From assembly GCA_963770835.1 (NCBI GenBank), contig CAVYRH010000004.1, forward strand, positions 640,001 through 704,000: 64,000 nucleotides of DNA. The letters run 5' to 3'. This DNA comes from an uncultured Pseudomonadota bacterium (GTDB lineage Bacteria; Oederibacteriota; Muellerivitia; Muellerivitales; Muellerivitaceae). The position numbers and the translations under genes were made by a program. Of this stretch, positions 36,821-45,840 are shown piece by piece; the stretch's first letter is position 1, and every line of letters starts with the position of its first letter. Under the pieces are notes generated by a model. The model saw nothing but the letters and a program-made list of their open reading frames with translations, was not told where the DNA came from and did no database searches.

Positions 36821-38272
36821 ATGTCTGAACCGGTCGTTATACAGGGTGGCATGGGCACCGCAGTTTCCAATTGGAAGCTGGCCCAGGCTGTCGCCAAGAC
36901 GGGCCAGTTGGGTGTTGTTTCGGGGACCGCGCTTGACAACGTGATGGCAAGGCGCCTCCAGGAGGGGGACCCGGACGGCTCCATGCGCAGGGCCTTGCGC
37001 TATTTTCCCGATCCCGTTATCGCCCAAAGGGTGCTGGACCGTTACTACATACCGGGCGGAAAAAAGGACGACGCGCTTTTCAAAGCCGTGCCCATGTTCT
37101 CCATGAACCCGCCCCGTGAGCTGGTGGAACTGACGGTGGCGGCCAACTTCGCCGAGGTCTTCCTGGCCAAGGAAGGGCACCACGGACGGGTGGGCATCAA
37201 TTTCCTGGAAAAAATCCAAATGCCGACTTTGCCCTCCATTTACGGGGCCATGTTGGCGGGGGTGGATTACATCCTCATGGGCGCCGGGATACCCCGCGCC
37301 ATTCCGGCCATCCTGGACAAGCTGGCCTCCCACGAGGAAGTGTCGCTGAAGCTCAACGTGGAGGGAGCCGCAGCCGGGGACGATTACCGGATGGTTTTCA
37401 ACCCCCGGGAGCTGATGGGGCCGCGCCTGAAACCCATTCAACGGCCCAAATTCATAGCCATCGTCGCCTCCGCCGTCTTAGCCGCCACGCTGGCCAAAAA
37501 GTCAACCGGCCGGGTGGACGGGTTCGTCGTCGAAGGGCCCACCGCGGGCGGCCATAACGCGCCCCCGCGGGGACCGCTCCAACTCAACGCCAAGGGCGAG
37601 CCGCTCTACGGCCCTCGGGATGAGGTGGACCCGGCGGAGCTGAAAAAGCTGGGACTCCCCTTTTGGCTGGCGGGGTCCTATGCCGCCCCTGAAAAATTGA
37701 AACAAGCGCTGGGAGTGGGAGCCGCAGGCATCCAGGTGGGAACGGTCTTCGCCTATTGCGAGGAATCAGGACTGGCGGAGAAGATCAAAGAGTGGGTAAT
37801 CCTCAAGGTTTTAGGGGGGCGGGGCGAGATTTTCACCGATGCCGTGGCCTCCCCGACGGGTTTTCCCTTCAAGGTCGTTCAGTTGGAAGGCACCCTCTCC
37901 GATCCCGCGGAATACGCTGTGCGCCCCCGCATCTGCGATTTGGGGTACCTGCGCAGCCTCTTCAAACGCAAGGATGGATCGGTTGGCTACCGCTGTCCCG
38001 GCGAACCGGTGGAAACCTACCGCCAAAAAGAGGGCCAGGAGGAGGACACCCGGGGCCGAAAATGCCTCTGCAACGGGCTCATGGCCAATATCGGGCTGGG
38101 GCAATCCCAAAAAAGCGGCTACGAGGAAAAGCCCCTTGTGACTTCGGGGGATGACCTGGCCAGGATCGCCCATTTCCTCGGGGCCTCCAAACTTTCTTAT
38201 ACTGCGGCGGAGGTCGTTTATTACCTGGTTGGAAAAATGATGCCGGCCGTCCCCATGGCGTCGGGGAGTTAA
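36821..38272 (+). CDS. Nitronate monooxygenase-family flavoprotein
   Basis: IQGGMG..VS, MGAGIP, VVEGPTAGGH, GIQVGT; C-terminal Cys motifs. Confidence 0.88.
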   Translation: MSEPVVIQGGMGTAVSNWKLAQAVAKTGQLGVVSGTALDNVMARRLQEGDPDGSMRRALRYFPDPVIAQRVLDRYYIPGGKKDDALFKAVPMFSMNPPRELVELTVAANFAEVFLAKEGHHGRVGINFLEKIQMPTLPSIYGAMLAGVDYILMGAGIPRAIPAILDKLASHEEVSLKLNVEGAAAGDDYRMVFNPRELMGPRLKPIQRPKFIAIVASAVLAATLAKKSTGRVDGFVVEGPTAGGHNAPPRGPLQLNAKGEPLYGPRDEVDPAELKKLGLPFWLAGSYAAPEKLKQALGVGAAGIQVGTVFAYCEESGLAEKIKEWVILKVLGGRGEIFTDAVASPTGFPFKVVQLEGTLSDPAEYAVRPRICDLGYLRSLFKRKDGSVGYRCPGEPVETYRQKEGQEEDTRGRKCLCNGLMANIGLGQSQKSGYEEKPLVTSGDDLARIAHFLGASKLSYTAAEVVYYLVGKMMPAVPMASGS

Positions 38273-38320
38273 AGAGTCCTTCCACCGCAGTTTCGACGAT
38301 TTCCCTATAAAAGCTCTTTT

Positions 38321-38334
38321 ATGACCACAGTCAT
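38321..38334 (+). promoter_or_regulatory. Crp/Fnr-type box ATGAC-CACA-GTCAT
   Basis: Perfect consensus; CATAAT 22 nt downstream. Confidence 0.75.
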
Positions 38335-38524
38335 GTGGCCCTACCGGAATTCTTTTCATAATGTTTATGGAAGTCGAAATGCGGTTGGTGTCTGAAGTGT
38401 GCTTGCGCTCCCGTAAATGAAGATGCGGAGGAGGACACCATGTCCCAATGGTCCATAAAAATAGCCTCCTAGGACATTGGGACAATACCAATCACATTGT
38501 GAATATATAAAAAGGGGGATTGGC

Positions 38525-39304
38525 ATGAAATTACATTCCTCCCAGACCGTGGGGCAAATCGCGGTCATCCTCAAAGAGTCCGTACCGGTCTTTAACAAAT
38601 ACAAGATCGACTACTATTCGGAGGGCGGCCGAAGCCTCGAAAACGCATGCTACCTGGCGGGCGCGCCCCTGGAACAGGTGACGCGGGAACTGGAAGAAGC
38701 GCCGCCGGCGTCGGAAGAGTGGTACGCCGGGGAACCGGACTGGCCCAACGCGCCCATGTGCGAACTGGCGGATCACATCGTCAAAACCCACCATGTTTAC
38801 ACCCGGCAGCAAATGGACCGAATAGAAAAGATGCTGGAGGACCTGGCCGGAGTGGACGGCAACCGTAGCCAGGCGCTGGAAATGGTCCGGGAGATTTTCC
38901 TTAAGATGTCCAAGGATCTCCGGGACCACATGGTTGAGGAAGAGGAAGTGGTCTTTCCTTACCTCGTCGAGGGGGAAAGGAATATTCAACGGGGGCGCCC
39001 CATCCGCCGTCTCTTCGAGGGATACACCTCCTACACCCACCCGTTGAGGATCCTCCAGAGCGAGCACGGGATGATGGGCCGGGAGTGGAAGACCATCCTG
39101 GAATTGACCCAAGACCTCCAACCCCCGCACGGCGCGAGCCAAGCCTTGACGGATCTTTACAAGGCTTTTGAGGAACTCCTGAAAGACAATAAAAAACACA
39201 TCCACCTGGAAAATAACATTCTTTTCCACCGCGCCGAACAATTGGGGCTTTTGAATGATGAAGGAACCAAGGAACTACACGGGCCCCAAGCCCATCTTCT
39301 TTAG
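38525..39304 (+). CDS. ric: Iron-sulfur cluster repair di-iron protein (RIC/YtfE family)
   Basis: TVGQIA...VF.KY.ID, HIVKTHH.Y, HMVEEE..FP, EH, HIHLENNILF. Confidence 0.88.
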   Translation: MKLHSSQTVGQIAVILKESVPVFNKYKIDYYSEGGRSLENACYLAGAPLEQVTRELEEAPPASEEWYAGEPDWPNAPMCELADHIVKTHHVYTRQQMDRIEKMLEDLAGVDGNRSQALEMVREIFLKMSKDLRDHMVEEEEVVFPYLVEGERNIQRGRPIRRLFEGYTSYTHPLRILQSEHGMMGREWKTILELTQDLQPPHGASQALTDLYKAFEELLKDNKKHIHLENNILFHRAEQLGLLNDEGTKELHGPQAHLL

Positions 39305-39459
39305 CGGGACCGGGAAAAACCGTCGATGGAGTTATTTCTTCCACGACTTCAGGAAAGAACCACTACCATGTTCAAGGACGCAGGTTGAATTGTTGGATTA
39401 CTGAATTGAAAGAAAGTTTTTCCAAAAACCCAACCTGCCGCAATCTTGACGGTTGAAAA

Positions 39460-39972
39460 CTAGGAACTGGCGATGGAACTTTTGCGCCAGCCTTCCACCC
39501 GGGCCTCCGGCATCTTCTTATAAAGATTGTTGAGGTGGGTTTTCAACGTGGCCTTGGAAATGAAGAGCTCCTTCGCGATGCCCGCGTTGGTGAAGCCCTG
39601 GATGCAAAGGTTCGCGATTTCCATCTCCCGGCGGCTCAAACTGCGCTCCTGGAAGCGCTTGACCCAGGCCTCGTATTTCTGCCGCAAGGGATAAAGCACG
39701 ATCATCCGCCGGGCATTCTCAGTGAAAAAAAGAACGTCGTAATGCTGTTTGCCAACCTTCCGGTTGGACAAAAACTGGAACCCCTCCGGGGGGATGGTCC
39801 GTCCCAAGTATTTTTCGCAGTCCGAAACGCAAGTCCGGGGGCACTCCGCCCCCACGTAATCGCCGCAGGACTTGCGACAGGCGGGGTTCTGGTAAAAAAC
39901 TTCCCCCCCTTCTTTTTGCATGCAAATCACCGCCCGGCTTCCATCCAAAGATTCCGCAAATTCCGTGATCAT
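39460..39972 (-). CDS. LuxR-type HTH regulator with Cys-rich N-terminal domain
   Basis: LSRREMEIA..C.QG.TN..IA.ELFIS..T.KTHL.NLYKK. Confidence 0.85.
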   Translation of the reverse strand: MITEFAESLDGSRAVICMQKEGGEVFYQNPACRKSCGDYVGAECPRTCVSDCEKYLGRTIPPEGFQFLSNRKVGKQHYDVLFFTENARRMIVLYPLRQKYEAWVKRFQERSLSRREMEIANLCIQGFTNAGIAKELFISKATLKTHLNNLYKKMPEARVEGWRKSSIASS

Positions 39973-40061
39973 TTTTTCCACCCTCCCCGTCGATTGTCGG
40001 CTTGGTGTCGACAAAGGACAATGATGCCCATTCATTAAACGAAATTTGTCCGGGAGGGAGT

Positions 40062-41339
40062 ATGACCCAGATCAGCGAAAACACGGTTCTTGACCCCCAA
40101 AAGTACTACCGCATGCCATGGTCCTTATCGGACAACGGCATTTTCTGGCTGGAAGTGACTTCCCAGTGCAACCTGACCTGCGAGGGCTGCTACCACGAGA
40201 ACATCCTGGGCGGGCACAAGAGCCTGGCCGACATCGAGGAAGAGTTCAAGGTCATCAAGCGCTTGCGCAAGGTGGACAGCGTCTCCATCGCCGGGGGGGA
40301 CCCGCTTCTCCACCCCCAGATCCTGGACATCGTGAAGATGGTCCGCCGGTACGGCTGGAAACCCATCATGAACACCAACGGCCTGGCCCTGACGCCGGAG
40401 CTGTTGAAAGACCTCAAGAAAGCGGGCGTGTTTGGCTTCACCTTCCATATAGATACCACCCAAAAGCGGAGGGATTCCCAGGCCGGCAACGAGCTGGAGC
40501 ATATCGCCCTGCGCCAAAGCCTGGCCGAGTTGGTGGCCAAGGAGGGGGGCATGGTCTGCGGATTCAACCAGACCGTCTCCGAACAAACATTGGACCAAAT
40601 CCCCGCCATCGTGCGCTGGGCCGAGAAATACCCGGACCTCATCAACACCATGGTGTTTATCCTCTTCCGCACCCCCGGCATGAGCGCCAATTACGACTTT
40701 TACGCCTTCGGCAAGAAAGTGAATTTATATGAGACCTATATCAAGACCTCCTGGGGCGGGGAGAAGAACCTCAAGGCGGGCGACATCGTGGCCAAGATCC
40801 GGGAGGCGGACCCACAATACGAGCCCGCGGGCTACTTGAGCGGGACGATCGAGGCGGGCGAAATGAAGTGGACGCTGGCCACGCGCATCGCCAGTGGAAG
40901 CAAGACCTTCGGCTACACCAGCCCCAAGTTCATGGAATTCGTCCAAAATTTCCACCACCGTTTCTACGGAACCTGGCTGAGCTACGCCTCGAAGGCCCTG
41001 CAGGGCGCCGGGCGGTCCACCCTGCTGTTCCTGGGATGGGGGGACAAGCAGATGCGCAAGGCCTTGTTCCGGTTCCTGTTTTCTCCCTTATCCTGGCTCA
41101 AGCGGGTTCACCTGCAGAATTTCGCCATCATCCAGCCTGTGGACCTCTTGGCCGACGGCCGCATGAGCATGTGCGACGGCTGCCCCGACATCACCGTGCA
41201 CGAGGGCAAGCTTTACTGGAGCTGCCGCCTGGAGGAAATCAAGAAGTTTGGCACATTCGTGACAGCCGTTCCCAAAGCCGGTGCGCAGGTAGAAAAGAAA
41301 CAAGAGGCCAAGGCCATGGCCCATTCGGGGAAGGCGTGA
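40062..41339 (+). CDS. Radical SAM protein
   Basis: CNLTCEGC, GGDPLLHP, NTNG; C-terminal CDGCPD...SC. Confidence 0.88.
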   Translation: MTQISENTVLDPQKYYRMPWSLSDNGIFWLEVTSQCNLTCEGCYHENILGGHKSLADIEEEFKVIKRLRKVDSVSIAGGDPLLHPQILDIVKMVRRYGWKPIMNTNGLALTPELLKDLKKAGVFGFTFHIDTTQKRRDSQAGNELEHIALRQSLAELVAKEGGMVCGFNQTVSEQTLDQIPAIVRWAEKYPDLINTMVFILFRTPGMSANYDFYAFGKKVNLYETYIKTSWGGEKNLKAGDIVAKIREADPQYEPAGYLSGTIEAGEMKWTLATRIASGSKTFGYTSPKFMEFVQNFHHRFYGTWLSYASKALQGAGRSTLLFLGWGDKQMRKALFRFLFSPLSWLKRVHLQNFAIIQPVDLLADGRMSMCDGCPDITVHEGKLYWSCRLEEIKKFGTFVTAVPKAGAQVEKKQEAKAMAHSGKA

Positions 41340-41370
41340 AAAAGGCGCATTCCAGGAAGGGGGGTAACCA

Positions 41371-42036
41371 ATGCATTCAACGGCGACTCTTGCTTTAAAA
41401 CACTACACCCGCGAACAAGAAATGGCCAACGGCATGACCGCCGGCACCGGCGCGGTGCTGGCCGCCGCCGGGACGGCCCTCTTGGTCACGATGGCCTGCC
41501 TTAAAGGCAACGCCTGGCACATCGTGAGCTTTAGCGTCTACGGCGGGACGCTTTGCCTGCTCCATCTCATCTCCACCCTTTACCACAGCCTTCCGCTGTC
41601 GAAAGCCAAGCGGGTTTTCGAGGTTTTCGACCATTCCTCCATTTTTCTCCTCATTGCCGGAACCTATACGCCTTTCATGCTGGTGACGCTGCATGGGGCC
41701 TGGGGCTGGTCCCTGTTCGGCGTTGTTTGGGGGCTGGGGGTCGCCGGCATTCTATACAAGATTTTTTTTACCGGGCGGCACCAGCTTTTTTCCACAGCCC
41801 TCTATATAGGATTGGGTTGGATGGCGGTGGTGGCCTTCAAGCCCCTGTTGGCGGCCCTGCCGGTGGGCGGCGTTGTTTTGCTCGTGTTGGGCGGGGTCAG
41901 CTATAGCTTCGGGACTTTTTTTTACCACGCGAAAAAGCCTTATTACAGCCACGCTATTTGGCACGTGTTCGTGCTGGCGGGAAGCCTTTTTCACTACTTC
42001 GCCATATTGATTTATGTGTTGCCCGAGAAGCCTTGA
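41371..42036 (+). CDS. Hemolysin III / PAQR-family membrane protein
   Basis: STLYH, DHSSIFLLIAGTYTP, HAIWHVFVL. Confidence 0.92.
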   Translation: MHSTATLALKHYTREQEMANGMTAGTGAVLAAAGTALLVTMACLKGNAWHIVSFSVYGGTLCLLHLISTLYHSLPLSKAKRVFEVFDHSSIFLLIAGTYTPFMLVTLHGAWGWSLFGVVWGLGVAGILYKIFFTGRHQLFSTALYIGLGWMAVVAFKPLLAALPVGGVVLLVLGGVSYSFGTFFYHAKKPYYSHAIWHVFVLAGSLFHYFAILIYVLPEKP

Positions 42037-42075
42037 GACAACTCCTCCTGTCCGTCTTTTAAGGTTTAGGCTTCT

Positions 42076-42089
42076 ATGAGCCAGGTCAT
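42076..42089 (+). promoter_or_regulatory. Crp/Fnr-type box ATGAG-CCAG-GTCAT
   Basis: Recurring motif, upstream of the B12 radical SAM gene. Confidence 0.6.
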
Positions 42090-42358
42090 GCTGACTCCAC
42101 CCCCCCATGCCATAAGGTGGGGTGCGGTCAAGCATCGCCGGGGAAGATTTTTCCGGCTGCAGGGGCCCCGGGCTTTGCCCAGGGGCCTGCTTTTTACCCG
42201 GTCAGGGTTGCCACCCTGCCGCTGAAATGAAAGTCCGCTGAAGGTTCGCGGTGTTTGCCCGTTTCCTCCGGCCCATCCTTGAAGGGATTTGGGACGACTT
42301 TCCCGCCGAAGAAAATGCTTCCACCGTATCCGTGTCCATGATTTGAAAGGAAAGCTTC

Positions 42359-43987
42359 GTGCAAAATGCGCGCCTCCGTTGTTTGTTCGTTTATCCCCAC
42401 TTTACATCCCAATCCTTCTGGAATTACCGGGCCACCTGCGAGGTGGTGGGCGCCAAGTACCCTGCCGCGCCCTTGGGGCTCATCACGGTGGCCGCCATGC
42501 TTCCCCCCGGCTGGGAGGTGAGGCTCGCCGATTTGAACGCCGAGGAATTGGATAGCCGGGACGTGGAATGGGCGGACATGGTTTTCCTGGGCGGCATGAT
42601 CGCCCAACAGCCCGACCACCTGCACCTCATCGATTATTTCCGGTCCCTGGGAAAGACGGTGGTTGTCGGCGGCCCGGACGCCACTTCCAGCCCCCATCTT
42701 TACGACAAGGCGGATTACCTGGTGTTGGGCGAGGCGGAGATCACCATGTCCCAGTTCCTGGCCGATTATGAAAGGGGAACGGCCCGCCACCGTTACGACG
42801 CCGGGGAAGTGAAAGCCGCGATGGCCGACAGCCCCACGCCGCGGTTCGACCTTCTCAAATTCGAAAACTACCTCCATGTGGGCATCCAGTGGAACCGTGG
42901 CTGTCCCTTCATGTGCGAGTTCTGCGACATCATCGAACTGTTCGGCCGGGTTCCCCGCGGCAAAAGCGTCGAGCAGGTCCTCAATGAACTCCAGGCGCTT
43001 TACGACCTGGGGTACCGGGGCCACATCGACATCGTGGACGATAACTTTATCGGGAACAAAAAAGCGGTCAAGTTATTGCTGCCCCACCTCATCCAGTGGC
43101 TGAAGGACCACCGTTGGCCGTTTGAGTTCAGCACCGAAGCCTCCATGAACCTGGCCGACGACGAGGAGCTGATGGGGATGATGCAGGAAGCGGGGTTCAA
43201 CTGGCTCTTCGTGGGCATCGAGAACCCCGACGAGGACACCCTGAAAGCCACCCAGAAGCGGCAGAACACCCACCGCTCCATCGCCGACAGCATCCACAAG
43301 ATCATGAAGCACGGCATGATCGTGAACGCCGGCTACATCATGGGTTTCGACGGGGAAAAGGAGAATGTGGCCCAGTCCATCCTGGATAACATCGAGGCCA
43401 CGGCCATCCCGGTCAACATGATCGGCCTTCTTTTCGCGCTGCCCAACACCCAGTTGACCCGGCGCCTGGAAAAGGAAGGGCGCCTGGACGCGAATTTCGA
43501 GGTCCCGCCGGACAAGACCGCCTGCCAGTGCGTGGCCGGGTTGAATTTCGCCACCATGCGTCCGCGGTTCAATATCCTCAAGGATTTCCGCCGCGTGGTC
43601 GAGGAAGCCTTCCGGCCCGAGAAATATTTCGGCAGGACCCTCCGGCTGGCCCTGATGCAGGATTGCTCCCTCAAGCGGCTCAAGATTCCATTGAGGAACC
43701 AATTGCGGGATATCCGGTCCTTGTTCCGCCTGACCGGGCGGCTGGGGTTCAAGAAAAACATCCGCCTTCACTATTGGAAGGTCCTGCTAGTTTGCCTGTT
43801 CCGGAATCCCCGGGCGCTCCGTAACGCCGTGTCCTTGATCGCCCTCTACCTGCACTTCGAGACTTTCCGGGACTTCGTGCTGGGTCGACTGGACGATGAG
43901 ATGATCATATTAGAAAAAGAAGGGGATCCTCGCCGGTGGAAGCCAATTATTCAGGGATTTCCCGCGTTGGGGCCTCCCCCGATTTAA
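42359..43987 (+). CDS. B12-binding radical SAM protein (DUF4070-type)
   Basis: PLGLITVAAMLP, VVGGP, RGCPFMCEFC, VDDNFIGN, FVGIE. Confidence 0.92.
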   Translation: MQNARLRCLFVYPHFTSQSFWNYRATCEVVGAKYPAAPLGLITVAAMLPPGWEVRLADLNAEELDSRDVEWADMVFLGGMIAQQPDHLHLIDYFRSLGKTVVVGGPDATSSPHLYDKADYLVLGEAEITMSQFLADYERGTARHRYDAGEVKAAMADSPTPRFDLLKFENYLHVGIQWNRGCPFMCEFCDIIELFGRVPRGKSVEQVLNELQALYDLGYRGHIDIVDDNFIGNKKAVKLLLPHLIQWLKDHRWPFEFSTEASMNLADDEELMGMMQEAGFNWLFVGIENPDEDTLKATQKRQNTHRSIADSIHKIMKHGMIVNAGYIMGFDGEKENVAQSILDNIEATAIPVNMIGLLFALPNTQLTRRLEKEGRLDANFEVPPDKTACQCVAGLNFATMRPRFNILKDFRRVVEEAFRPEKYFGRTLRLALMQDCSLKRLKIPLRNQLRDIRSLFRLTGRLGFKKNIRLHYWKVLLVCLFRNPRALRNAVSLIALYLHFETFRDFVLGRLDDEMIILEKEGDPRRWKPIIQGFPALGPPPI

Positions 43988-44029
43988 GAAGTCCACTTCA
44001 GACCGGTGGATTGACCAAGGAGAACCGGA

Positions 44030-44224
44030 ATGTCCAGTTGGTCTTGTCCTCATCAAACCGGCGATTATTACTGCCAAAGGGTGAAAAGGGATTGCGAACC
44101 CGGCATGAAGGGCTGTGTCCTGCGCGGCAAGGTGCGGTTCGCTAAAGACGAGGACCTTTTTTCGGATGGCAAAAGAATGGAATCGGAAGTAAAAAACACC
44201 CGAAAAAGAAGCAAAGCTTCCTAA
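44030..44224 (+). CDS. Small four-Cys protein
   Basis: AAGGAG SD; WSCPH...C.....C.PGMKGCVL.G. Confidence 0.65.
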   Translation: MSSWSCPHQTGDYYCQRVKRDCEPGMKGCVLRGKVRFAKDEDLFSDGKRMESEVKNTRKRSKAS

Positions 44225-44225
44225 A

Positions 44226-44942
44226 ATGTCGTTTGTGAAAAGCACCCAAAACCAAGAATATCAAAAACTCGCGGCTGCGGCGGTCTTCGCGGCGGCCATG
44301 GGCTTCCTCGAAAGCGCCGTGGTGGTCTACCTGCGGCGGTTGTATTACCCGGGCGGTTTCGCCTTTCCGTTGAACCCGCTCATGGACCCCAAGATCATGG
44401 CCGTTGAGGGCGCGAGGGAAATTTCGACCCTCATCATGCTCCTGGCCGTGGCTTATTTGGCCGGCGTCAACTGGAAGGACCGTTTCGCCTATTTCCTGCT
44501 GACTTTCGCGGTCTGGGACATCTTCTACTATATCGGGCTGAAAGCCGTATTGAATTGGCCGGATTCCTTCCAAACCTTCGACATCCTGTTCCTGATTCCT
44601 TGGCCCTGGGTGAGCCCGGTACTGGCTCCCGTTATGGCGTCCCTGACGATGATCCTCCTCGCGCTCTGCCTCCTTAATTCCAAAAGCAATCCCAATTCCA
44701 CCGAATGGACTTTATGGATCGCGGGCAGTTTTGTGATATTGGCGACGTTCCTCTCCGATTACGGGCGGCTGATCGCGGAAGGGCATTACCTCAAGGATTT
44801 TCTCAACCTGGCCGCCAACCCGGAATTCCAAAAGGCGCTTTCCAACCATGTACCGGGGAATTACAACTGGATCTTGTTTATCGTTGGAGAAACCGTGATT
44901 TTGGCTGGCATTTACGTATTCCACCGAAGGACAAGAGAATAA
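44226..44942 (+). CDS. Hypothetical membrane protein
   Basis: AMGFLESAVVVYLR, REISTLIML, WDIFYY, FLIPWPW; several TMs. Confidence 0.8.
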   Translation: MSFVKSTQNQEYQKLAAAAVFAAAMGFLESAVVVYLRRLYYPGGFAFPLNPLMDPKIMAVEGAREISTLIMLLAVAYLAGVNWKDRFAYFLLTFAVWDIFYYIGLKAVLNWPDSFQTFDILFLIPWPWVSPVLAPVMASLTMILLALCLLNSKSNPNSTEWTLWIAGSFVILATFLSDYGRLIAEGHYLKDFLNLAANPEFQKALSNHVPGNYNWILFIVGETVILAGIYVFHRRTRE

Positions 44943-45156
44943 ACTTTTGTCGTTCAGCAAGTTTTTCACGCTCTTTCATTTCCTTTTTTAAAAATTCGAG
45001 TAATTGTCCGTTCATTCGAAAGCTTTTGTTTGTCTTGATGGTTGGGAATGGGCGGATGAATTCGTACTTGAAAAGGTTCCCTTCCTTTTATACGCTACCT
45101 TGGTTGCCTTCCCCCAGCCTGGGGGGTGGAGAACCCGTTTTTTTGAAAGGATTTTT

Positions 45157-45840
45157 ATGTTTGATAACATGCCCGAGGCCATTTCCTCTTTCGCGCCGGA
45201 CATCGACTATCTTCTTAAGTTAATCTATGTCTTGACCGGCATCTTTTTTGTCGGCCTGGAAGGCTATCTGGTCTACCTCGTTTTCAGGTACCGCTACAAA
45301 AAAGGGCAGGCGGCAAAATACGAGCATGGCAGCCGGGCGCAGATCCAATGGATACTGGCCTTCACGCTGATCATCATTGTCCTGGATTTTTTCATCGACT
45401 ACAAAGGAGCACATGTTTGGGCGACGGTGAAGGAGGAACTGCCCGCCTGCGATTTGACGGTCAAGGTCCAAGCCAAGCAGTTCGACTGGACCTTTTTCTA
45501 CCCCGATAAGGACGGGACTTTCGGGCCCAACGCCATTTCCTCCTACCGGGAGTTCCACGTGCCCGTCGGGAAGAAGATCCACGTGATCCTGACCTCCCTG
45601 GACGTCATCCACGATTTTTTCCTGCCGGAAGTCCGCCTGAAGCAGGATGTGATGCCCCAGCGGTTCATCAATGAATGGTTCGACACCCAGAAGGTAGGGA
45701 CTTACAACATCGTTTGCGATGAGCTGTGCGGTTACGGTCATACCCGCATGACGGCGGTGCTGCACGTGGATGACCAGCAAACCTTCGACGATTGGTTGGC
45801 CGCGAAACAAAAAGAACAGCAGGGAGGGACAGCCCAATGA
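45157..45840 (+). CDS. coxB: Cytochrome c oxidase subunit II
   Basis: Two TMs, AKQFDW, DVIH, CuA motif CDELCGYGHTRM. Confidence 0.93.
   Translation: MFDNMPEAISSFAPDIDYLLKLIYVLTGIFFVGLEGYLVYLVFRYRYKKGQAAKYEHGSRAQIQWILAFTLIIIVLDFFIDYKGAHVWATVKEELPACDLTVKVQAKQFDWTFFYPDKDGTFGPNAISSYREFHVPVGKKIHVILTSLDVIHDFFLPEVRLKQDVMPQRFINEWFDTQKVGTYNIVCDELCGYGHTRMTAVLHVDDQQTFDDWLAAKQKEQQGGTAQ

Noticed and set aside
42090..42358. Cobalamin riboswitch upstream of the B12 radical SAM gene
   Set aside because: GC hairpins are present but I could not find the conserved B12-box elements; an Infernal search would settle it.
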